Source of the DNA: Felis catus
Lineage: Eukaryota
Direction: 5' to 3'
Length of the DNA stretch: 64,000 bases
Assembly: GCF_018350175.1 (NCBI RefSeq)
Contig: NC_058368.1
Location: 113,460,001-113,524,000 of the forward strand
Shown: positions 52,001 to 61,926 of the stretch, piece after piece
How the letters are laid out: each line of letters starts with the position of its first letter
Numbering within the stretch: position 1 is the stretch's first letter
Notes under the pieces: model-generated
Seen by the model: the letters and a program-made list of their open reading frames with translations, nothing else
Database searches by the model: none
What the model was told of the DNA's origin: nothing
Program-made: the position numbers and the translations under genes

Positions 52001-52879
52001 CTAGGAAGAAGAGCTGATGTTCATAATCACCCATTTGCCTGGGGCTTGCACTGACCCACAATCTTGGCATGGAGGAAGGTGACTATACATTCAGGTATCA
52101 CAATTCCAGCCTGGATCCTGAATTTCTGACCAAGGACACTGGCTCTACCTGCCACTTGGCTGATGAAAAGAGATTCATTTGCTTCTGCTAATTGGCAGCA
52201 GAGATCATATGAACCTCTTGTTCTTGCCAGGAAAAGCCCAGATCTCTCAGTTCCAATGCTAATCACTTACCAGAAACAAAACAATCAGAGTATTCCCTGA
52301 TGGAGACACAGGGCATCCATTCTTCCTGATGTTGTCAATTTTATCCGTGTATCAAGCCAGACCTTAAGAAGACTGTGTACTCTGTATTATTCTGGCTTAT
52401 CATTGAATTAACTTATAGAATTGCACTTTGGCAGTCAGCCATCCGTGTACCCTGAGAGACCGCGGAGGAAGAAGTGGTAAAAAGTGACTGAGGTATTTGC
52501 TGTCAGACACGGTCAAGAGCATGGCCCACCCTGACAACTCTCTTTTAGAGACCTCAGGTGGAAGAAGGCAACTCTGGCCTCAGTCCCAGGAACACCTTAT
52601 ATTTCTCCTAAACAGCAGCCTTATTTCATCTCGTGGTTGTGTGTTTCCTTCCTTCCTTTGGTTGTTAGGAAGCCCCAGGGCCAGCTCTAGAAGTACACAG
52701 AAATTTACTGTGCATGTGTTTTGAATAGAGCCCTTGCTGAAGCTTTATTTGCTTATACTTCTCCTTATATCCAAATATTGCCCATCTACTCATTTTTTTT
52801 TACCTGATACTTATGTATTCCTAAAGGTTATATTTAGAGAATGGGCAGAGAAAATAATTTTTTAAAAAATGTCAGGCTA

Positions 52880-53173
52880 ATACAGAGAAAGACAGATACC
52901 ATATGGTTTCACTCTTATGTGGATCCTGAGAAACTTAACAGGAACCCATGGGGGAGGGGAAGGAAAAAAAAAAAAAAACAGGTTAGAGTGGGAGAGAGCC
53001 AAAACATAAGAGACTGTTAAAAACTGAGAACAAACTGAGGGTTGATGGGGGGTGGGAGGGAGGACAGGGTGGGTGATGGGTACTGAGGAGGGCACCTTTT
53101 GGGATGAGCACTGGGTGTTGTATGGAAACCAATTTGTCAATAAATTTCATATAAAAAAATAAATAAAATAAAA
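52880..53173 (+). mobile_element. 5'-truncated felid L1 3' end
   Basis: L1 3'UTR with (TAAAA)n tail; perfect TSD taaaaaatgtcaggcta at 52863-52879 and 53174-53190. Confidence 0.96.
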
Positions 53174-53329
53174 TAAAAAATGTCAGGCTATCATGCATTT
53201 GGTTACAGATATGAGGACAGCTGAGTCACATTTCAAGTATATTCTTGTAAGTGAGCATTCATGGACCTGAAGTCAACACAGCAGGAAAACAAGGGCCTTT
53301 ATTTCTCTGACTCAAAGTTAGCAGGAAGC

Positions 53330-53563
53330 GGGGCTCCTGGGTGGCTCAGTCGGTTGAGTGTCTGACTCTTGGTTTCGGCTCAGTTCATGATCTCGTGGTT
53401 TGTGAGTCCACGCCCCACATTGGGCTCTGTGCTGACAGCATGGAGCCTGCTTGGGATTCTCTCTCTCTCCCTCTGTCACTGCCTCTCCCCCACTCATGTT
53501 TTTTTTTCTTTTCCCCTCTCTCTCAAAGTAAGTAAACATTTTTTAAAACGAGTTAAAAAAAAA
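53330..53563 (+). mobile_element. SINEC
   Basis: TSD aaagttagcaRgaag at 53314-53328 and 53564-53578. Confidence 0.95.
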
Positions 53564-53735
53564 AAAGTTAGCAAGAAGAGAGGGGGCTAGAGTAGAATTT
53601 TGCAAGGGCTCCTGGCTGGCAATGACCATGGGAAAAACCAGGGCTAGAACATCCTTCTGGCTCTCATGGGCTCAGAATGGCAACCCTTACCTTACTGGGG
53701 TCTTCTCCCCTTGAGAGTGAGTGTCTCTGATATCG

Positions 53736-53795
53736 TCCACCTTCTCTATCTCCTTCTATCTCCTATCCACCCTTCTCTATCTCCTCTATCTCCTT
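53736..53795. repeat. Tandem duplication, 2 x 30 bp, pyrimidine-rich
   Basis: tccaccttctctatctccttctatctccta / tccacccttctctatctcctctatctcctt. Confidence 0.85.
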
Positions 53796-54428
53796 TTTTG
53801 GCCAAAAAAGAGCAGCAGCAGCACAGGGCCAGCTGCTAAAAATGACACCCATCCTCCCCTCCCCCCCACGGCTCCTCGGGGCCAGGCTGCCGGGGCCCAA
53901 GGCACCACCCGGACCCTCCCCAGAGCAGGGAAATTCAGCGCCTAATGAAATCAATCCTGATTCACACGGGCTGCACTTTGACTCTTGGGAGGTAGTTTGT
54001 GTTTCTAAATCCCAGAGGCACCTACATGGTGTGAATTTTGTGTGAGTGTGAGTGTGCTTGTGTGTGGGCAGGGGTGTGTTTCCCTCTTCTCGAGATTAAA
54101 ACAACGTATCTGAAGGTGGTGTGGGAGGCCACAGAGAAACCGCAGTAATATCCCAACACTCTGCCTGGGGCTCAGGTCTGCGTTGGGCGCCCCTGCTCAT
54201 TATATGTGGCTTCAGGCCTCACACTGTCCAAGTGCAACCTGGGCACAGATGACTTCCCGCTCTGCTAGGCACTGCCTCCAGGTCAGGGGGACCCCAAAGG
54301 ACTCATCACCCTCCAGAGCATTCACACTACAGGCAAAAGACAAGTTCTGACAACGAGGCCGCCGGCTTCCCTCTCAGAGAGAAGCCACAGACAAGAAGTC
54401 CAAAGACCTACGTTCTCATAGGCTTTTC

Positions 54429-54466
54429 TGTTTGTTTGTTTGTTTGTTTGTTTGTTTGTTTGTTTT
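54429..54466. repeat. (TTTG)n microsatellite
   Basis: About 9 units. Confidence 0.95.
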
Positions 54467-54557
54467 AATAATGATTTGCAAACACTAAAGAACTTCATTT
54501 CATACGCATGTAAAAACTTCTCCATCTCCTGCTCCCCTTGAGAAATCGGAAGTTCCA

Positions 54558-54647
54558 GTCTACGGCCATAGCACCCTGAACGCGCCCGATCTCGTCTGAT
54601 CTCGGAAGCTAAGCAGGGTTGGGCCTGGTTAGTACTTGGATGGGAGA
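54558..54647 (+). pseudogene. 3'-truncated (tailless) 5S rRNA retropseudogene, nt 1-90
   Basis: gtctacggccatagcaccctgaacgcgcccgatctcgtctgatctcggaagctaagcagggttgggcctggttagtacttggatgggaga matches mammalian 5S nt 1-90 with 2 mismatches; flanked by gagaaatcRgaagttc repeats. Confidence 0.97.
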
Positions 54648-56384
54648 AATCAGAAGTTCTGTCACCAATGGGTCCCAGACCCTCATGACCACCCTCAGCT
54701 AAGGTAGCATCACAGCCGCTCTCTGGCGCATCCCGAAGCCCACCTTCCCCCGTCCCTACACAGGTTACCCCACTGTTCATGATCCCTGCTCTGGGGGGAT
54801 TCCGAGGTTCCCACCAGAGCGATCTTCAGAGATAAATGGGTAAACAATGAAACAGCCTGATAAAGTAATGGCTTACATTTTCTTCATCTCTATGAATAAA
54901 TGTTTCTAGAAGAATCAATCCTATCAAATTTTACTTCTGTAGCAACTGAATGCTCAGTTCTCAGGACACATTTCTACCAATCAGATGCTGGCCACCTCCC
55001 CCTAGCTTATCTCCAGATACCTACTCATCCTTGAGAGGCTCCCCAGGTTGCTTCCTGGGATCCTTTACCTGACCGTCACGGAGGAAGAACTGACTGGCTC
55101 CTCACCTGAGCATCCAGGGTGCAAGGTTCTGTCAGGGCAGCTCAAACACATCCCCTGGGGTATTTTATTGCCCATATGTCCCACTCTTGACTACACAGTC
55201 TCTAAGTGCCCTGAGCAAAGCCACCATCACGCTCCTCTTCATAGTTACTGTGTGGAAACAACTCGGCACCTACCAGGTAATCAGTTACGCACTTGACTCA
55301 ACAGTTCACTGAACAATTAGAGCCCACGTGCTGGATCAGGTAAGCGAACATATCAAAACCCCCAAAGACCCTTCCACCTCTGAGAATCCAGAAGAAAACA
55401 TTGGTCCTGCATCTTTTACCAAAGCGTTACTGCTTTTACCATGCTCCTTATCTTAAGACTGGGTCAGATACTACATCAGGAGTTGGACAGACACCACGCT
55501 GGTCAGAGGTGCGATAACTGTCAATTTCGATTGGTAAAGATAAGGGGGAAACAGGCTCAGAAAAGCTCAGCACCTGCCTCAGCACATACATCTACAAAAG
55601 TCAAGAAGTGGGAATCAAACCCAATCAATGAGACTGCGAACCGAGGACCTTTCCATACACAACATTGCCTCTCATCCTACATGGCGATGAGGGCAGAATG
55701 GACATCACAGAGGTCTCCAGCAAGGAACTTTTAGGTAATACAACTACAAACCTCAACAAAAGAAAACTCTCCGTCTCAGGCATAGGGCCTGTGGGGACGC
55801 AGGTGAGCCGAGCAGCCACCTCCCAGTTGTGAAAATGCTCTAATCCACTCGACAGTCTCAGATGAGGAAATTTTAAACAGCATTATTGATTGATTTTAAA
55901 ATTCAGCTGACATGTTTTTCCCTATTGAGAATTTCCCCAAACCAAAGCTGTTTCATTAGGACTCAACAAACATAATATAATTAATTCAGGGGCTGTTTCT
56001 CTAGCAGGTGGAAGAGCAGGAAGGATTGTTTTGTTTGTTTGGGTTTTTTTCGTTTTTATAAAACTAGCACTACATTTTATGAGTTTGAGGAAAGGTAATA
56101 AATATGTCTTTAAAATGGATTTGCCCGTGCTGAAGAAACCTGTTAAACACAGTAATAGAAGGCCGCAGAGCCCTAGCTTTGCAAGGGGAATTTTCCTACC
56201 CTTCACGATTATCATTCCATCCAAAGGGTAGAACACAACCCAGCGCAGCTTGGTTTGGGAGGCACAGGGTGCTGGGAGCTCCTAGCAAAGCCAGCAGATG
56301 ACAGGGACAGAGCCATCGGCACCCCATAAGGAAATGGGGTCTACACAGTCGTAGCTGACAGCACTGAGCTGGCTCACTGAGGTT

Positions 56385-56590
56385 TGTGAGCACGTGCCGT
56401 CTGCCAACCCCTGGCCCTCTGCAACACGGTGCCACTTGGTCTCCACTAATGCCCGTGGCACAGGCATCATTAGCCCCACTTCACAGAGGAGAAAATGAAG
56501 GCCAAATAAGTTATTCCATTGTATGCAGCAAGCTAATGGGAGAGCCAAGACTTGAACTTGAGCCCTTTAAACTCCGCTCTTCCCTCCACA
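56385..56590 (-). mobile_element. MIR remnant
   Basis: attagccccacttcacagaggagaaaatgaaggcc...gagccaagacttgaac. Confidence 0.65.
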
Positions 56591-56894
56591 CCCTGCAGTA
56601 CCCATAAGACTCTCTGAGAAAACAAAATACCTCCCACTTTGACCTTTTTTGCTTTTTACTCTGAGCCTCCGCCCCCCATCTCTGATGATTTAAAGGCCCA
56701 TTTAATTCCACTGGTTTTATTGAAGCTTATTCATACCTCATTGGTTAAACTGTAACCTTTGAAACAACAGCATCAGGCTTCCAATTTTTCATTTTGTCTT
56801 TCGTTATGAAGAAAACATATACAGACGCTATGCTGCCTAAAAGCATGAGAGCTTAACTATCGTGGATACAAAGGACCTCGGGAACCTCCTTTTT

Positions 56895-57587
56895 GTTTTT
56901 TTTATTTCAAATTTATTTATTTAAATTCAAGTTAGTAAACATACAGTGTAATATTGGTTTCGTGAGTAAAACCCAGTGATTCATCACTTACATATAGCAC
57001 CCAGAGCTCATCCCAACAAGTGCCCTCCTTAATACCCATCACCCATTTAGCCCATCCCCTCATCCACCTCGCCTCTAGCAACCCCCAGTTTGTTCTCTGT
57101 ATTTCAGAGTCTCTTAAGGTTTGCCTCCCTCTCTTTTTTTATCTTATTTTTCCTTTCCTTCCCGTATGTTCATTTGTTGTGTTTCTTAAATTCCACATAG
57201 GAGTAAAATCATATGATATTTGGCTTTATCTGACTGACTTATTTCGCTTAGTGTAATACACTCTAGTNNNNNNNNNNNNNNNNNNNNNNNNNNNNNNNNN
57301 NNNNNNNNNNNNNNNNNNNNNNNNNNNNNNNNNNNNNNNNNNNNNNNNNNNNNNNNNNNNNNNNNNNNNNNNNNNNNNNNNNNNNNNNNNNNNNNNNTGG
57401 CTAGTGCTGCTATAAACACTGGGGTGCATGTGCCCCTTCGAGTCAGCATTTTTGTATCCCTTAGGTAAATATCTAGTAGTCCAAGTACTTGGTCATGGGG
57501 TAGTTCTCTTTTTAACTTCTTGAGGAACCTCCATACTACTTTCCCAGGTGGCCGCACCAGTTTGCATTCCCACCAGCAGTACAAAAG
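56895..57587 (-). mobile_element. 5'-truncated carnivore L1 3' fragment containing a gap
   Basis: Minus-strand ORF2 C-terminal residues (YCWWECKLV...VWRFLKKLK); perfect TSD gggaacctccttttt at 56880-56894 and 57588-57602. Confidence 0.94.
57268..57397. other. Assembly gap
   Basis: Run of N. Confidence 1.
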
Positions 57588-57757
57588 GGGAACCTCCTTT
57601 TTATTTCAGAAATAGGCCAAGTGACGTCAGGAAAGGCCACGTGATTTGTCTGAATTTAACACATTTAAAAAGTGGAAACGTCATGGCTCATCTCAGCCCC
57701 TTCCTGGGTTACCATGCGCTACAGGCCAAGTGGCTTCAGGGAAGAATTAGTGTGTAC

Positions 57758-57885
57758 GGAAAACGGGTGATGGGCATTGAGGAGGGCACTTGTTGGAATG
57801 AGCACTGGATAAGCCAAGTTGACAATAAATTCTATTATTAAAAAAACAAAAATACGATAAAAATTTAAAAATTTAAAAAAATAAA
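57758..57885 (+). mobile_element. Felid L1 3' terminal tip
   Basis: gggtgatgggcattgaggagggcacttgttgg...gacaataaa plus A-rich tail; no TSD found. Confidence 0.85.
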
Positions 57886-58067
57886 GAAATGCTAAGAAAA
57901 AGCAGCACCAACAGCAAAATAGAGTCAACATAAATGTCTGCCAATGGCGGGGGGGGGAAGGATGGAGAAAAAGATTATTGCATATGACAAAATAATAAAG
58001 CCATTAACTAGATCTACAACTATCAAACCAAAAACCTTCAGAAACAATTTTCAACGAAATACACAGA
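57858..58067 (+). repeat. Direct repeat copy 1 (about 210 bp, probable donor)
   Basis: Nearly identical to 58783-58998. Confidence 0.97.
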
Positions 58068-58501
58068 TTAGAGAAGGAAATGTTTCTACGGTGCAACATG
58101 TAACACCTTATTTGTAGACCTGCCCATATGACATAAAAGTATAAGAGCATGGACAGAAAAGTACATTAATGATGTGGCACTTTAGGAAAAGGGACCAAGA
58201 AGGAGCCCTCATTGGATTTCACTTTTATACCTGATGCTTTATTTCTTTAAAATAAGCAAATGGGCATATTATAAAATACATACATAAATAAAATTTAAAA
58301 AAATAAATAAAAGAAGCAAATGGGCAAAGGTAGGCAGGGATGAAAGCTCTAACTTATAACTTGATGTAACTTCAAAGCAGACTGGCTGAGTCAAAAGCTG
58401 GGGCACACCAATGTGGATTAATAGTCTTCTGTTGCTTCCCTGGCAGAAATGACTTGGAACATTTAAAAATCAATACTTCAAAAATTTTAAAAACACTATT
58501 T

Positions 58502-58718
58502 GTTTTTTTACATTTTTTTTAATGTTTATTTATTTTTGAGACAGAGACATAGCGCCAGGGGGGGAGGGGCAGAGAGAGAAGGAGACACAGAATCCGAAGC
58601 AGGCTCCAGGCTCAGAGCTGTCAGCACAGAGCCTGATGTGGGGCTCAAACCCATGAACCATGAGATCATGACCTGAGCCGAAGTCGGACCTTAACCAACT
58701 GAGCCACTCAGGTGCCCC
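58502..58718 (-). mobile_element. SINEC_Fc, apparently full length and probably chimeric
   Basis: Reverse tail through head; no TSD directly after its own head. Confidence 0.93.
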
Positions 58719-58782
58719 AAGACTGCTTTCAATTCTTTTTGGTATACACCCAGAGGTGTATGTAAAAATTTAAATTTAAATG

Positions 58783-58998
58783 TAAAAATTTAAAAATTTT
58801 AAAAAATAAAGAAATGCTAAGAAAAAGCAGCACCAACAGCAAAATAGAGTCAACATAAATGTCTGGCAATGGGTGGGGGGGGGGGGGGAAGGATGGAGAA
58901 AAAGATTATTGCATATGACAAAATAATAAAGCCATTAACTAGATCTACAGCTATCAAACCAAAAACCTTCAGAAACAATTTTCAACAAAATACACAGA
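58783..58998 (+). repeat. Direct repeat copy 2 (inserted copy)
   Basis: About 4 substitutions plus a G-run length difference versus 57858-58067. Confidence 0.97.
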
Positions 58999-59143
58999 GA
59001 GAAGGAGACACAGAATCCGAAGCAGGTCCACGCTCTGAGCTATCAGCACAGAGCCCGACGCGGGGCTCGAACTCACGGACCGCGAGATCATGACCTGAGC
59101 TCAAGTCGGACGCTTAATTGACTGAGCCACCCAGGCGCCCCCC
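58996..59143 (-). mobile_element. SINEC_Fc 5' half without a tail
   Basis: Head ends at about 59141-59143 and is followed by aaaacactattt, matching 58490-58501. Confidence 0.93.
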
Positions 59144-60745
59144 AAAACACTATTTCATTGTCATAATCAAGCAGCAGAAGAAGAGACAACGAAAGGACAG
59201 AGGCCAACGGGAAGGTCTGGGGTGAGGAATGGGCTAACGCGAGGTAAGAGAAACTGCCGCTCAGGGGAAAGCAGAATGGTGACATCGTGTGGAAAGGGAA
59301 AGGTAACGAGCAGACCAGACACAAGGGTACCGGGGGGAAATTATTAAGCTGCTTCCCACAAACCAGGCCAGCTGCCTGTGAAAACCAGCAGAGCTCAAGC
59401 CATCAGACAAGGTGAACAGATCCTTCAACGCTGAGAAACATTCAAGGACATATGAATGCAAATCAGCAGGTCTTTTTGGGGTGAGGTTAACTTCTACATC
59501 AGGGGGAACACTGTGGGGACTTCAGATTTTTTTAAGCCTAGCATGTAAAATTCCAGATTAATCTGGAGGGAAAAAAAAAAATCCCCTTCTGAAGAACCAT
59601 TCTATAAATAAGCAATCTTGCCTCCCCTGGAGCACCCTTTAAAACTTGGACAAAACGTGGATGCTGCAATCATCCCCAGGGTTCCGCTTGCAGAAACACA
59701 GTTGGAACATGGGAAGGACGCGCTCCTTTTGAGTTTTAGAATTTCTGCTTCAAAACAGTTCAAGGCTTTGGTCGGAATTTGAGCTTGTCGGGATCTTGGT
59801 ATAATAGATCGGAAGTCAAAGGGCAAGAGTTTTCTTCTTTTCTTCAATTCAAGTGAACAGCGTGAGTGAAAAGGGCCCCTGACTTTGTGAGCTTTATTTT
59901 TATCTGGAGATCAATTTCTACAAGTTCATATTCTGCTCTGAAGATCACCAGCATCATCTGAGATTTAGTCACAGCCAGGCTGCTCGGGAAGAATGATTAG
60001 TATTCACTCCAGAAGAAAAACATTATCTTTAAAACCAACAGCTATTCACTCCATCTAAAACATTCATTTATTCCACATTAAAGGAACTCGCTGGTTTCAA
60101 AAAGTTCCATGATAAATCTCCCTTCAGCCATTTGTCCTAAAAAGGCTTGGCTCATCAAGGAGAACTTCATACCCAAATAAATCAGCGGGTTCTGTCCTGT
60201 GTGGGCCATGGCTACAGGAAAGAACCTAAATTAATGAATGCTCCCTCACTTTAGGACCTCTTCAAATAATCAGAATTCTATGCTAAAGTAAGGTATTGCT
60301 TATATACATAAATTACTTTTCCAAACCCCCCAGTGCAACAACAACAACAACAAAAACCCCTTTATTCAGCAAAAACACTGTGATTAAAGCTTCAAATCTC
60401 TTTTTCAAAAAAGACCGGTCAAGAAGCTTTGAAACAACTTTTTAGAATTCACTTTGCTTCTTGTTCATCCTCTCTCTGTTCGATAAAAGCAACACCTTTT
60501 ATTCTTTTAACATAGCACTGTGGTTCAATAAATTATCTCTCTCTTTCTCCTCCAGGCCCTTTGGATAACCTTCCTGAGCCATCTCACTATAAGGCGAGAG
60601 AGAATCCTTGAGACAGCACCTTTATTATCACACTGAACGTGACTGTTATTAGCAAAGGTTACAGTGCAGGGATCCTGACCCACACACCATAGGCCCAGAC
60701 TCGGTGAGGCCATGTTATAGCAGAAAATGTCACCCACATGGTGTC

Positions 60746-60932
60746 TAGTCACCTAGGGGGCTCAGTTAGCTGTCTGACTCTTGATTTGGGCTCAGGTCAT
60801 GATCTCAGGGTTGCTGGGTTCAAGCTCTGTGCTGGCAGCATGTGGAGCCTGCTTGGGATTCTCTTTCTTTCTCTCTCTCTCTGCCCCTCACCCACTCACA
60901 CTCTCTCTCAAAATAAATAAAGAAACTTTAAA
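60746..60932 (+). mobile_element. Degenerate SINEC
   Basis: ctcaggtcatgatctcaggg...gagcctgcttgggattctct...aaataaataa. Confidence 0.88.
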
Positions 60933-61499
60933 TTAATTAATTGTGATAGACCTGGGTCACTTACATTAACACTTGCCATCTCATGGATTTCCCAGTTTCC
61001 CAGACTAGCACCCCTCACCCAAACCACCCGCACCGACACCTGCTCTTGCTCCCAGCCCCCACTTCCCAGCACTAAAACACTCTCTCTGCTTATTTAAGGC
61101 CTTAGATGGATGGCTTATGACTGATAACTGGGAGTGTCCCAGAGACGCCTTTCTCACTGTGGTCCCTGTTATCCAACACAGCAGGTATAAACATGGAGTA
61201 TCTGATAACCGTTTAAGGATGGATGGGAGTCAAGAAGGAAGAAACACATTAACAGCCTGAACCTCTTCGGCCCCAATAACAAGGATCTGGGGTGCACGAC
61301 TGCAGTGACCCACCCACCTAGTATAAAGCAGGCTGGCTCCAGTTTAAACCTGTGAGCTTCAGAGCCTCCCAACCCTGAAGGCCCCCAGAAGGGAACACAA
61401 GGAAGGAAGAAGTAAAACCTGAGTGGAGAAGGAAGGAAGCAACACGGAGAGACAGGTAAATAGGAAGAAGAGGAAATGAAAAAGATCAATTACTTGCTA

Positions 61500-61700
61500 A
61501 GGCAGCACAGATTGAGCACTTACTGTATGCCAGACATTAACTCATTTAATCCTGCCAATGCTTTCCCTGGTGCCCATGCCAGATTGGAAGGCTTAGAGGC
61601 AGAGAAGTTAAGCACCTTGCCCAGAATTGCTCGGCGAGGAACTGGCAAAGTCAAATTCCAAACCTGGAGAATCTGACTGCAAACCTCAAGTCCCCACACC
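61500..61700 (-). mobile_element. MIR remnant
   Basis: attgagcacttactgtatgccagaca...gaggcagagaagttaagcaccttgccca. Confidence 0.7.
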
Positions 61701-61806
61701 TCACTTACCAAAGTGTATCCCACAGAATGCAGCACTTTCTCTGGGCACCAGATAGGTGTGGAGTGAGAAAATGAAAATAAAAGCATGTGGTTAAAGGCAA
61801 ATTGAG

Positions 61807-61926
61807 GGGGCACCTGGGTGGCTCAGTCGGTTAAGTGTCTGATTCTGGATGTGGGTTCAGGTCACGATATCACTATTGGGGAGATCAAGTCTGTGCTTCG
61901 GGCTCTGCTGCAGAACCTGCTTGGGA
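61807..61926 (+). mobile_element. SINEC 5' portion lacking CT tract and tail
   Basis: Canonical head; similarity stops after cctgcttggga. Confidence 0.88.

Noticed and set aside
54558-54647. Functional 5S rRNA gene
   Set aside because: Lacks the last ~30 nt and the T-run terminator, is a single copy, and is flanked by a TSD.
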